Shown here piece by piece: positions 1 to 9,615 of a DNA stretch of 64,000 bases. The position numbers and the translations under genes were made by a program. The notes below the pieces were generated by a model that was given only the letters and a program-made list of their open reading frames with translations, had not been told where the DNA came from and did not search any database. The stretch is from a bacterium. GTDB lineage: Bacteria > UBA8248 > JACPRG01 > G963555815. The stretch spans positions 192,001 through 256,000 of the forward strand of contig CBDHDG010000003.1 of NCBI GenBank assembly GCA_965261595.1. Reading direction: 5' to 3'. Each line of letters begins with the position of its first letter. Position 1 is the stretch's first letter.

Positions 1-384
1 GATCCGGTCCCGGGGCGATCTTCCTCCGTCGGCGGCGGCGTTCACGCCCACCCAGAGGTTTTCCTCCACCGAGAGGCCGGGGAAGATGCTGGTGACCTGG
101 AGGGTCCGGGCGACGCCCAGGCGGGCGATGGCGTGGGCGGGAAGGCCGGTGACCCGCTCCCCCCGAAAGAAGACCTCCCCCTCGTCGGGGGAGAGGAGCC
201 CGGTGATGACATTGAATAACGTTGTTTTCCCCGCTCCGTTGGGGCCGATGATGGCATGGAGATCCCCCGGACGGACTTGAAGATCGACGGCGGTCAAGGC
301 CGCCAATCCGCCGAAGTGTTTCGTGATCCGCCGGGCTTCAAGGAGCGGACTTTGGTGTTCCGCCGAGTGGGCGCCTTGAATCAC
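1..384 (-). CDS. Branched-chain-amino-acid-type ABC transporter ATP-binding protein (LivG-like), runs off the window edge
   Basis: Manual translation from GTG at 384 gives LLEARRITKHFGGLAAL...IIGPNGAGKTTLFNVITG (Walker A)...GVARTLQVTSIFPGLSVEENL; lies downstream of LivH/LivM-type permeases. Confidence 0.9.
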   Translation of the reverse strand, partial: MIQGAHSAEHQSPLLEARRITKHFGGLAALTAVDLQVRPGDLHAIIGPNGAGKTTLFNVITGLLSPDEGEVFFRGERVTGLPAHAIARLGVARTLQVTSIFPGLSVEENLWVGVNAAADGGRSPRDRI

Positions 385-423
385 AAATCCTTCCTTTTCG
401 TTGTTCCCTGAAATTCCGGCCGC

Positions 424-1443
424 CTAAAACTTCCAACTCCCTCTGATCCGCCGGCGCGCAAATCCCAGAATGCCCCGGGGAGCGAAGATCACGATTCCCA
501 GCATCAGAACGCCCACGACGATTGGGTATCCCTTGGGCCACCAGGACGAAAGATAATCTTTGGCCACCAGAAGGACCCCCGCGCCGAGGACCGGTCCCAC
601 CAGTGTGCCCGTCCCACCCAGCAGGGTCCAAATCATGACGTCCCCCGAAATAAACCAGTGGAAATAGTCCTGGTTGGCGAACTGGGTTACGGCGGTCGAG
701 TACAGCGCGCCCGACAACCCTGTGAACACGCCCGCGAGGATAAACGCCCGAAGTTTCTGGTTTCGGACGTCATAACCCAACAACGCCGCGCGGTCCTCGT
801 TCTCCCGAATGGCCTCGAAGACCCGCCCTTGCCGGGAGCCCACAAACCACCGCAGGGCCAGAAACGCCAGAGAGACCACAACCAGAACAAAATAGTACGC
901 CGAGATGGGTTTGCTGAGCGAACCCTTCCAAAATCCCAGGCGGAGCGCCGGAACGTTAAAAGGAATCCCCGCGTCTCCACCTGTTACACGCTGCCAGTGG
1001 TTGGCAATCAGGTAGAAAACGACGGACGTGAGGGCGGTCAGGATGATAAAGCCGGCCGTCCCGACGCGCACGGCGAAAAAACCGATGAACCACGCGGAGA
1101 TCAGGGCCAGGACCAGTCCGGCCAACAAGGCCGTCCAGAGATTGACATGAAACCAGTGAACGGAGAGGGCGACCCCGTAAACGCCCATCCCGAAGAACAC
1201 GGATTGGCCGAAGCTCAGAAGACCCGCGTAACCGTACAGAAGGTCGAAGGCCATGGCGAACAGGCCCCAGACCAGAATCTCCGTCAAGAGCGTCTGCCAG
1301 AAAAGACTCAGATAAGGGGGCAAAAAAACCAGAAGGGCGAAGATGACCAGGAGAATTCCGTGAAAGACCCTCTGTCCTCGGGGTTGACGGGTGTGAATTG
1401 ATTCAGAGAAATCCTGGTTTTTCGCTGTGGGGGATGCGGCCAT
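424..1443 (-). CDS. Branched-chain amino acid ABC transporter permease (LivM-like)
   Basis: Hydrophobic protein with GYAGLLSFGQSVFFGMG, TGGDAG, AIRENEDRAALLGY and LLGGTGTLVGPVLGA motifs. Confidence 0.92.
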   Translation of the reverse strand: MAASPTAKNQDFSESIHTRQPRGQRVFHGILLVIFALLVFLPPYLSLFWQTLLTEILVWGLFAMAFDLLYGYAGLLSFGQSVFFGMGVYGVALSVHWFHVNLWTALLAGLVLALISAWFIGFFAVRVGTAGFIILTALTSVVFYLIANHWQRVTGGDAGIPFNVPALRLGFWKGSLSKPISAYYFVLVVVSLAFLALRWFVGSRQGRVFEAIRENEDRAALLGYDVRNQKLRAFILAGVFTGLSGALYSTAVTQFANQDYFHWFISGDVMIWTLLGGTGTLVGPVLGAGVLLVAKDYLSSWWPKGYPIVVGVLMLGIVIFAPRGILGFARRRIRGSWKF

Positions 1444-2306
1444 CAGGCCTCCTCGAACAGACCCTGCGGCCGGAAGAGAAGAATTCCGGCCATCACCAGG
1501 AGGGCGGCCACCCGGGCCGGCGTCGGCGCGAGAAAGATGCTCGCAATCCCGACCAGCTCCCCCACCAACAGGGCCGATATCACCGAGCCTTTCAGACTTC
1601 CGACCCCTCCGATGATGACGACGATGAAGGCCAAGATGATGATGTCAATCCCCATTCGGAAATCAACGCCGACAATGGGCGCGGTCAACACGCCGCTCAG
1701 GGCGGCCAGATAAGCCCCCAGCCCGAATGTCAGGGTGTATACGGTCGTGACCGGGATTCCCAGTGCCAGGGCCATTTCCTTGTCTTGCTTGACGGCCCGA
1801 ATCCAGAGCCCGGCCCGGGTCTTGTGCAAAAAGGCCCATGTCCCGAAAAGGATGAAGATCGCGAACGCCGCCACCAAAATACGGTAGCCGGAGTAGCCGA
1901 AATCCCAGAAGGAGAGTCGGAATTGGACGGGTTCCGGGACCATCCTTCCCGCCCCCCCGAACGTCAGCAGCACGACCTGCTGAAAGATGAGCAACAGGGC
2001 GAATGTAGCGATGATGGTCATGACCGGATTCTTTTCGATGGGTCGCAGGACCGTCCGCTCAAGCGCCATCCCCAGGATTCCCACCCCAATTGGCGCCACG
2101 GCCAATCCAAACCAGAAGTTGCCTGTCCACTCGATGATGTACCAGGCCAGGACCGCTCCGAGCATGTAGAGCGTGCCGTGGGCGATATTGATGATCTGGA
2201 GAAGGCCGAAGATGAGGCTGAGACCCAGGGAAATGAGGGCCAAGATCCAACCCCAGACAAAGCCATTCAGGATCTGGAGAAGAACCTGGGACGCCACGGA
2301 AATCAA
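1443..2306 (-). CDS. Branched-chain amino acid ABC transporter permease (LivH-like)
   Basis: LISLGLSLIFGLLQIINIAHG, AFIVVIIGGVGSLKG and RPQGLF motifs; overlaps the start of the LivM-like gene. Confidence 0.92.
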   Translation of the reverse strand: MISVASQVLLQILNGFVWGWILALISLGLSLIFGLLQIINIAHGTLYMLGAVLAWYIIEWTGNFWFGLAVAPIGVGILGMALERTVLRPIEKNPVMTIIATFALLLIFQQVVLLTFGGAGRMVPEPVQFRLSFWDFGYSGYRILVAAFAIFILFGTWAFLHKTRAGLWIRAVKQDKEMALALGIPVTTVYTLTFGLGAYLAALSGVLTAPIVGVDFRMGIDIIILAFIVVIIGGVGSLKGSVISALLVGELVGIASIFLAPTPARVAALLVMAGILLFRPQGLFEEA

Positions 2307-2421
2307 AGCTCCCGAGCCGAGGAACGATGCGAAACTGAACGAGGGCCGCGCCCCTTTCCTTTAGAACCAAAAGGGTGCGCGGCCCTCGTCGTGGGATGGC
2401 TGGATGAACCGCCCGCTGAGG

Positions 2422-3705
2422 TTAAAAACCCATCTTTCGGAGATCGACCGGGGGCGGGTACATGCCCATTTCCTTCGGAAAGGATTTGACCACGACGTAG
2501 CGGTCGCCCTGGGTCTGTTCGATGTAGTAATCGCGGAAGGCCCGGTGGTCTTGCGGACGGATCACCATATCGCCCGCCGGAAAACCGGGGCCTGCTTTAA
2601 ATGACATTCCTTCCAGGGTCTCGACCAGTTTCGGGTTGTCGTCCCGGCTCTTCCAGCCGCTGGCTTCAACGCCCGCCTTGATGACGTGAACGTTGGTCCA
2701 GGGCACCCAGTAATGCTCGCCGGTCGTGGCCCACTTGCCGCCCACGTCCATGCCCACCTTGTCGATCCCGCAGGCCTTCCGGATGGCGGCGTTGTAGGCC
2801 CGGAGATTCTTGGGGATCTGGCTGAGCTCCCGGGGGAGCTCACTGACGTAGTGAGAGCCCTGAGCGGCCGGGCCCAGGTGCTTGGGACTCATCCCCTCAA
2901 TCGCGCCCATGCTGCCGAAGAGCTTGGCCTTCTTCAGGAGCCCGAGCTGGTCGGCGTCTTTGATGAGACGGGTGACGCTCGGTCCCCACGAGACCTGGTA
3001 GAGCACCTCGGTGTCCCGGCTGACTTTTCCCAGGGAGGGGACGTAGTCGTTGGTCCCGATGGGGACGTAGAACTCGCCCAGATTCTCTCCGCCCACCTTC
3101 CGGATCCGCTCGGTGAAGTCTTTGGCGTGGCCGCGTCCCCAAGCGGATTCAAAACCCACGAAGCTCCACTTCTTCCCCAGGTTTTTCACCGCCCAGCGGT
3201 AGGACACCTCCGCCTTGACGCGGGTGTTGTGCCCCAGGCGGAAGACGTAGCGGTTGGCCTCCGGCGCGCCCGGATCGATGGGAACGTCATCGGAGGGGAA
3301 ATAGAGGACGTTCAGGCTTTTGGCCAGGGCGCCGCTGACCCCCGTGATCCCCGATTGGATGGTCCCCAGAATGAAATCGGCCCCTTCTCGAAGGACCAGC
3401 CGCCGCATCGCGCGGGCGCCCGTCTTGGGGTCGGAGGCGGTATCTCCCGTCTCCAGCTTGAGCTTCCTTCCGGCGATGCCTCCTTCACTGTTGAGCTTCT
3501 TGACGACGGCCTTGGCCGAGCGGTCGTTCCAGAATCCGAAGATGGCCGAGACGCCCGTCAATTCCCCTTGGTGGCCGATGATGAGGTCTTTGGCCGCCCT
3601 GGGCGCCCGCATCGGAAAGTGGTACACCGTGAATCCCGCCGCCCCCGCCGCCGCGGTCTTCAGGAACTTTCGCCGCGAGATCTTACGCTCCCCGCTCTTC
3701 TTCAT
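2422..3705 (-). CDS. ABC transporter substrate-binding protein (Leu/Ile/Val-binding family) with Tat signal
   Basis: SRRKFLK twin-arginine signal; NSEGGIAGRKL and DTASDP motifs; first gene of the liv-type operon; start may be further upstream (ORF open to 3726). Confidence 0.88.
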   Translation of the reverse strand: MKKSGERKISRRKFLKTAAAGAAGFTVYHFPMRAPRAAKDLIIGHQGELTGVSAIFGFWNDRSAKAVVKKLNSEGGIAGRKLKLETGDTASDPKTGARAMRRLVLREGADFILGTIQSGITGVSGALAKSLNVLYFPSDDVPIDPGAPEANRYVFRLGHNTRVKAEVSYRWAVKNLGKKWSFVGFESAWGRGHAKDFTERIRKVGGENLGEFYVPIGTNDYVPSLGKVSRDTEVLYQVSWGPSVTRLIKDADQLGLLKKAKLFGSMGAIEGMSPKHLGPAAQGSHYVSELPRELSQIPKNLRAYNAAIRKACGIDKVGMDVGGKWATTGEHYWVPWTNVHVIKAGVEASGWKSRDDNPKLVETLEGMSFKAGPGFPAGDMVIRPQDHRAFRDYYIEQTQGDRYVVVKSFPKEMGMYPPPVDLRKMGF

Positions 3706-4011
3706 CTTTTTTCCCTCCCTCGTCAAAAGACGTCTTGGACGGTGTCCGCTTCGGTGAGTCTCGGCCGGCGTGAGGCATCCCCTTCGAGAAAAAATCTTGT
3801 TTTTTCATGGCTCACTTTGGGGGAATTCTAGCACATTTCCGCCAAAATCCAGCCGTTCCTCCCATCGCGCGATGGCGTTGACCGCTCACTTCCCCATTGC
3901 GCGCGGGCAGCCGTTTGATGGAAAGGCGGCTTTCCCCGATGAATCCGCCCCTCGGCGTCCCGGACGCCCGTTGGGCGGGTCAGGCCGGCGGGCCTTCGCG
4001 CGCCGGGGCCG

Positions 4012-6414
4012 TTACGAGCCGCCGTTCTTCCCGAGGGCGGCCAGAATGCGGTCGGGGGAGAAGGGCATGTCGTGAAGGCGCACGCCGATGGCGTCGCAGA
4101 TGGCGTTGGCCACTGCCGCGGCCGTCGGCACCAGGGCCGGCTCGCCGATCCCCTTGGCGCCGAAAGGACCCGTCGGGTCTTCGTCTTCCACCAGGAGCGG
4201 ATAGACCCGCGGCATGTCCAAGGTGGTGGGGATCTTGTAATCGAGCAGCGTCGGGTTCGTCACCGCGCCGTTCTCGAACACCATCTCCTCGGAAAACAGC
4301 CACCCCACGCCGATGGACACCGCCCCCTCGATCTGTCCCTCGCATCCCGCGGGGCTGATGGCCTTTCCGACGTCGTGGGCGGAGTGAAGGCTCGTGACCT
4401 CGACCAGGCCGGTCTCGGTGTCCACCTCCACTTCGGCGATCTGGGTGCCGAAGATGAATGCGGGGAGCGACATGAAATTCCACCCCTCGATTTCCATGTC
4501 TTCGGGTTGCTCGTACTTGGGCGGGTCGAAGCTCGAACCCTTTCCCAGGAGGACCCCGCCGTCCACATAGAGGCCGTACATGACCACATCGTCATAAGCA
4601 GTGCGGCGGTCCGGCGCGCTTCGGACGTAGACCTCGCCGTTGTCCATCTCGAGGTCCTGCGGATCGGCCTCGAGCATCGCGGCGGCGATTTTCAGGAAAT
4701 GCTCCTTGACCTCGGCCGCGGCGCGGATGATGGCGTTTCCGGTGTTGTAGGTGGTCCGGCTGGCGTCGGTCGCCCAGTCGAAAGGCGTGGTGAGGGTGTC
4801 CGACATGACAATCGAGACCCGCTCATAAGGGACGCTCAGCGCCTCCGCGGCAATCTGCGACAGGACGGTCCTTTGTCCGGCGCCCACCTCCGTCCCGCCC
4901 GCCAGAACCGTGACGGACCCGCCGGCCTCCATCTTGACGATGGCACTGGACGCGAAGATGGCGCTCACGTGCTGCATCGAGGCCACGCCGATGCCGGTCT
5001 TTTTTTTCGGGTCGCTGGATTTCGGAGTGGGCTTCCGGCGGTTTTCCCAGTCCCAGCCCGTGCTCTCCGCTGCCCGGCGAAGCGTTTCCTTGTAGGCGCT
5101 GTGGGGCGTGGGTTGGCCCGACAAAAGCCGCTGTCCGCTCGCAATCCCGTTTTTCATCCGGAACTCGACGGGATCGATGCCGATCTCCTTCGCCAAGTCA
5201 TCCAGTTGAGATTCCCCCGCGAAGTGGACCTGCGGGCCGCCGTACCCCCGGTATCCTCCGAACGGAAGCTTGTGGGTGTAGACGAGGCTTGCCTCCAGGC
5301 GGATGTCGGGAATTTCGTAGGGACCGCGCGCATGCGTGATGGCGGCCCCGATCACGCCGGGTCCCTGGTGGGCGTAGGCGCCGGAATCCGCGACGAAATT
5401 GATCTCTCTTGCGGTAATGCGGCCGTCCTTCTTGACGCCGGTCTTGAATTTCAGCCGGAAAGGGTGCCTCGGGGTGCCGGAGATGAATTCCTCCTCGCGG
5501 GTCAGGACAATCTTCACCGGACGGCGTGTCTGCCGGGCGAGGAGCACCGCGTGGGGCTCGACGCGGACGTCCAGCTTTCCGCCGAACCCCCCGCCGATGA
5601 ACGGCGCGACGACCCGGACCTCGCTGGGGTGAAGCCCCAGACACTCGACCAACCCCTTCCGGACCTCGGCGACCGTCTGGGTGCTTGTCCAGACGGTGAC
5701 GTGCCCTTTCGCATTCACCTGGGCCACCGCGGCGTGGGGCTCCAGGTAGCACTGGTGGTGGGTCACGGTCTCAAACCGCTGCTCCAGGATGTGATCGGCC
5801 TCATCGAACCCCTTGTCCGGATTCCCCATGAGGAGCTTGATTCGGGACGCGACGTTCCCATTCCGGATGGGTTCGTATCCCGGAACGGGCTTATACCGAT
5901 CCAGGTTCTCATGGACCAGCGGCGCGTCGGGCTTCATGGCCTCGATGGGATCGAAGACGGCGGGAAGGTCCTCGTAATCGACGTCGATCAACTCGGCGGC
6001 CTCTTCCGCCGCGTCTTCATCCCCCGCCGCGACAACCGCAATCGCCTCGCCGACGAATCGGACCTTCTCATGCGCCAGGATGGCATGGTCCCGAATGTAC
6101 GCCCCGACGGTGAGAAGGTTGCCGTCTTCATCTTTCGGGCAACCCTCCGCCGTGAGGACGGCTTTCACCCCGGAGACCTTGAGGGCCTTTGATGCGTCGA
6201 TATGGAGGATCTTGGCGTGGGGCAGTTTGGAGCGGAGGAATTTTCCGTAAAGTATGCCCGGCAGGTGCATGTCCGTCGCGAAGGTGCCGGTGCCCGTTGC
6301 CTTTTCAGCCCCGTCCTCGCGAATCACGTTTTTCCCGACCCACCTATGCTCCTTCACGTCTTCCCCCTGGACACTCATGAATTCTCTCGTTGGAAATGGA
6401 AGGCTTGCCTCCAT
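4012..6414 (-). CDS. Xanthine dehydrogenase family molybdopterin-binding (large) subunit
   Basis: LEPHAAVA, IGGGFGGK, YRGYGGPQ, EGQIEGA and GPFGAKGIGEP (catalytic Glu) motifs; 800 aa; start may be 6378. Confidence 0.93.
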   Translation of the reverse strand: MEASLPFPTREFMSVQGEDVKEHRWVGKNVIREDGAEKATGTGTFATDMHLPGILYGKFLRSKLPHAKILHIDASKALKVSGVKAVLTAEGCPKDEDGNLLTVGAYIRDHAILAHEKVRFVGEAIAVVAAGDEDAAEEAAELIDVDYEDLPAVFDPIEAMKPDAPLVHENLDRYKPVPGYEPIRNGNVASRIKLLMGNPDKGFDEADHILEQRFETVTHHQCYLEPHAAVAQVNAKGHVTVWTSTQTVAEVRKGLVECLGLHPSEVRVVAPFIGGGFGGKLDVRVEPHAVLLARQTRRPVKIVLTREEEFISGTPRHPFRLKFKTGVKKDGRITAREINFVADSGAYAHQGPGVIGAAITHARGPYEIPDIRLEASLVYTHKLPFGGYRGYGGPQVHFAGESQLDDLAKEIGIDPVEFRMKNGIASGQRLLSGQPTPHSAYKETLRRAAESTGWDWENRRKPTPKSSDPKKKTGIGVASMQHVSAIFASSAIVKMEAGGSVTVLAGGTEVGAGQRTVLSQIAAEALSVPYERVSIVMSDTLTTPFDWATDASRTTYNTGNAIIRAAAEVKEHFLKIAAAMLEADPQDLEMDNGEVYVRSAPDRRTAYDDVVMYGLYVDGGVLLGKGSSFDPPKYEQPEDMEIEGWNFMSLPAFIFGTQIAEVEVDTETGLVEVTSLHSAHDVGKAISPAGCEGQIEGAVSIGVGWLFSEEMVFENGAVTNPTLLDYKIPTTLDMPRVYPLLVEDEDPTGPFGAKGIGEPALVPTAAAVANAICDAIGVRLHDMPFSPDRILAALGKNGGS

Positions 6415-7172
6415 TCTAACCTGCTATGAAGACGAGCTGTCAAGTATAGCTGATCCTTTTTGTTGTAACCCTGTCTTCGCTGCTGTTTGGACCGTCTCTC
6501 ACCAGCCGTCTATTCGGGGTCCTGCCTCGGCCCCAGGTTTCGGTTCGGCGAGCCAGGCCCCATACGGATTTATGAGCTGTTTCGCTCACCAGGTTACCCG
6601 GCGAATCGGGGGGACACCATACTTATTTCTGCTTATGCCCCTGTTTTCGTCCTGGATTCTGCCGTTGCAGGATACAGGAAAAGAATAAGATCAGATCTTA
6701 CATTCCAACATCCAGGGTATAGCAAGATAGGGTCAGGTCTCGAATTATTAGCTTCAAGATTGAACCCGGTTCCGCGAAGGGCAGTGCCCTCGAACGACGC
6801 TCAGTAAAATCACCCACCGAGCACCAGTGGTAATCCGAAAATTCAAAAATCCCATGTGGACTATCAGGGGGAAGCTAATTCGCCCGGCATTCTGCAGAAC
6901 CGTCCCTACAGTGTAAATCTTTGCCAGGAGCTATTCCGAATTCATTGGATTTTCGTGTCTCTTACGCCTAAATAGATGTAGGACCATTCGTGGGTTCAAC
7001 CCAAGCGGAAGGCGGTCAAGGAAGCCACAGCAAAAACCTCATGGCCAACCGGCGAGACGCCTTGGAATCCACCGGGCCAGAAAACGCTAACGGCAAAGGG
7101 GCAGGGTGCGACAAAGGTAAAAGTGAAAAACAAAGCCAAATTTCTGTTGGTATATAAAGATTTTCTGTTTGA

Positions 7173-7397
7173 CTTTTGGCTTTCGGGGGGGGAAGGCTCC
7201 CTCGCGCGCCAGGGACGTGGTGGTCAGGGCAAGGTCCTTCACCCCCAGCCTGACCGGCGTGCAAGCGCCCCTTTTGGCTTTCGGGGGAAGTCCAGTTTCC
7301 ATGCGCCAAAGACGTTGTAATGAGCACAACAAGCTTCACCCGCTACTTGGCTGGCACGCAAGTGCCTCACCCGCAGCCTGGCCGGCGTGCAAGCGCC
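7173..7397. repeat. Two imperfect tandem units with conserved ends and variable middles
   Basis: CTTTTGGCTTTCGGGGG at 7173 and 7271; TCACCC(C/G)CAGCCTG(A/G)CCGGCGTGCAAGCGCC at 7239 and 7367. Confidence 0.75.
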
Positions 7398-7402
7398 TGA
7401 CG

Positions 7403-9598
7403 TTAGCCGGACAGTTCGACCTCAAAGAGCGCCGGCGCTCCCTTTTCGGCGATCTCGATGGCGTGCTGTCGGCCGCAGCCGGGGCAGTAGTACGCGCGAA
7501 GCTCGAGATCCTCGTGGATGGAGATCAGCGGCCCCGCCTCTTTCGGGCCGAGCCGGACGCTGCGCGCTCCCTCCTTCCAGTTGGACCCGTTGTTGGAAAG
7601 GATTTGGCCGCATTCACATACGCTCTTCAGTCCCTTCCCGTTTCGGACGATCCGGATGAACTCCCCCAACGATCCCATTTGCCGGTCTTCGGAGGTGTTT
7701 GTCATCTTTCGGGAGTGTTTGCCCTGGGTGAATTTGCCCTGTGCGAACGGCGGGCGCGCCAGCCGCTTATGCCGGAGCCGGTCCCTGCGCGCTCGCGTCG
7801 CGTTAGCCCGGACCCGGCCCGTCCGGGAGTCGAGGGCGACGCCGTAGATCCCCCGGGCCGCCTCGCGGGAGACGAGGCCGTCCCCCACGTCCTTGGCCAC
7901 CTCGTCCGGATTCCGGTCGATGGGATCTCCGTATCCGCCTCCCCCCTGCCAGGAGTTCTCGAAGACGTCCCCCCGGTGGAGCGCGACCCGGCCCGGCTTG
8001 GCCCCCAGATCGATCCACTTTCCGCTCAGTTGCTTCATGTCGGCCGGGGTTCGAGAGCGCTGGAACCATTCCTTCACGTCGGTGTCCCGAATCAGCGTGT
8101 TGACGGTGCACGACGCCGGCAGCCCGCCGTAGAGGCCTTGCGCGTTGGGGACTTTGACCCCGTGGGAGACCAGGACCCCCGAGAGGTCGTCCACGTCGTG
8201 GACCGTAAAGGCCAGTCCGCAGGATATGCCGCCCCGGTGTCTGCCGGGCCCCCCCGTGTCGCGAATCAGTTTTCGGTAAAGGTACAGGATGGGCGTTACG
8301 TTCTCCGTCGTCTCGACGTTGGCGATGTTGGGCACGGGAATGGGGTGGCTGCCCGACGCGTGGAGGCCGTCCTTGTACGAAAACGCCCCCCCGCCTCCCG
8401 CGAGGCTATCCAGGAGCATCGTCCCGAACGGCTCTCCGTACTGGTTCAGGCCGCCCAGGTTGAAGATGGAAATGGCCCCCCGGGTGTTCGCCTGGAGATG
8501 GGGACGGTGGGCGGGGTCGGCGCCCATCATCCTGGAGAGCGCCAGCGTGCAGGCCCCGTTGACCGCGTACATGACGCCGCACGTGGCCATGCTGACCGGC
8601 CCCGGAGGCCGCGCGTTGCAGATCTTCCCCTCGGGCGCTTCGATTCGCACCGGCCGCAAAAGCCCTTCCGTCCAGGGGATGTCGTAGGCGACGACGGTGA
8701 ACAGGGCGGTGCACACCGCCCCCATCAGTCCCGAGCGGGTGCAGTTGATGAAGCCGGGGGCCTGGTCCGAGGACTCGCCGAAATCGAAGATGAGCCGGTC
8801 CCGCTTTTTTGTCATCGAGAGCGCGACCTTGTACGTGCGGTCCTCGTGGCCGTCGTGGTCGAGGAAATCGACCGCCCGGTAGACGCCGTCCGGAAGGCGG
8901 CGGAGGCGGGCCCTCAGCTTCCGCTCGGAAAGGCGGATCAGGCCCTCCATGGCGGAAAGGGCCGTTTCGCGCCCGTAGCGCTCGATGAGACCGATGAGGC
9001 GCGTCTTCGCGGTGTTGTTGGCGGCCGTCATCGCCCGGAGGTCCAGCCCCAGCAGGAAGGGCAGGCGCGTCATGCTCAGGATGGTGTTCCAGACGTCCTG
9101 GCGGACCTCGCCCGCCTCGATGAGCTTCAGGGGCGGCAGGTTCATGGACTCCTGCACGCGCTCCGTCGCGCGCGGACACCAGCTCCCCACGTCCATCCCG
9201 CCCATATCGAGCTGGTGGGCGACCGTGCCGACCCAGGCCACGCGCTCGCCCTCGAAGAATACCGGCGCCGCCAGGGAGACGTCCGAGCCGTGGAGGGCGC
9301 CCTTGTAGGGGTCGTTGCAGATGAACATGTCCCCGTCGCCGATGCCGGGGCGCTCCTCGCAGTCGGAGATGATCGAGCGGATGACGTTGGCCATGGCCCC
9401 GGTCTGCCAGATCATCTGGCGGCCCAGCGTGACAATGGCGCCGTCGGAGAGATACAGGCCCGTGTTGAAATCGTTGGCCTCGGTGACGACGGGCGAGCCC
9501 GAAACCTTTTTCAGCGTGTTCGACTGCTCCCAGGTGATGGAGAGCAGCTTGTGCTTGATGACCTCGAACAGGATGGGATCGATCTTGTTCTTCGCCAC
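7403..9598 (-). CDS. Hydantoinase B/oxoprolinase family protein with C-terminal acetone carboxylase gamma-subunit-like Zn domain
   Basis: FICNDPYKGALHGSD, AHQLDMGG, DTGGPGRHRGG and GGGGYGDP motifs; C-terminal CECG...YYCPGCG. Confidence 0.9.
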   Translation of the reverse strand: MAKNKIDPILFEVIKHKLLSITWEQSNTLKKVSGSPVVTEANDFNTGLYLSDGAIVTLGRQMIWQTGAMANVIRSIISDCEERPGIGDGDMFICNDPYKGALHGSDVSLAAPVFFEGERVAWVGTVAHQLDMGGMDVGSWCPRATERVQESMNLPPLKLIEAGEVRQDVWNTILSMTRLPFLLGLDLRAMTAANNTAKTRLIGLIERYGRETALSAMEGLIRLSERKLRARLRRLPDGVYRAVDFLDHDGHEDRTYKVALSMTKKRDRLIFDFGESSDQAPGFINCTRSGLMGAVCTALFTVVAYDIPWTEGLLRPVRIEAPEGKICNARPPGPVSMATCGVMYAVNGACTLALSRMMGADPAHRPHLQANTRGAISIFNLGGLNQYGEPFGTMLLDSLAGGGGAFSYKDGLHASGSHPIPVPNIANVETTENVTPILYLYRKLIRDTGGPGRHRGGISCGLAFTVHDVDDLSGVLVSHGVKVPNAQGLYGGLPASCTVNTLIRDTDVKEWFQRSRTPADMKQLSGKWIDLGAKPGRVALHRGDVFENSWQGGGGYGDPIDRNPDEVAKDVGDGLVSREAARGIYGVALDSRTGRVRANATRARRDRLRHKRLARPPFAQGKFTQGKHSRKMTNTSEDRQMGSLGEFIRIVRNGKGLKSVCECGQILSNNGSNWKEGARSVRLGPKEAGPLISIHEDLELRAYYCPGCGRQHAIEIAEKGAPALFEVELSG

Positions 9599-9615
9599 GC
9601 GCCGCGTCCTTCCTC

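Noticed and set aside
6880..6995. REP pair (GTCCCTACA / TGTAGGAC)
   Set aside because: Too degenerate to support from this window alone
7352..7366. Sigma54 promoter (TGGCACG...TGC)
   Set aside because: GG to GC spacing is one base short of the -24/-12 consensus and no suitably placed downstream gene
7173..7397. CRISPR array
   Set aside because: Only one full and two partial repeats, unequal spacers, repeat longer than typical and no cas genes in the window
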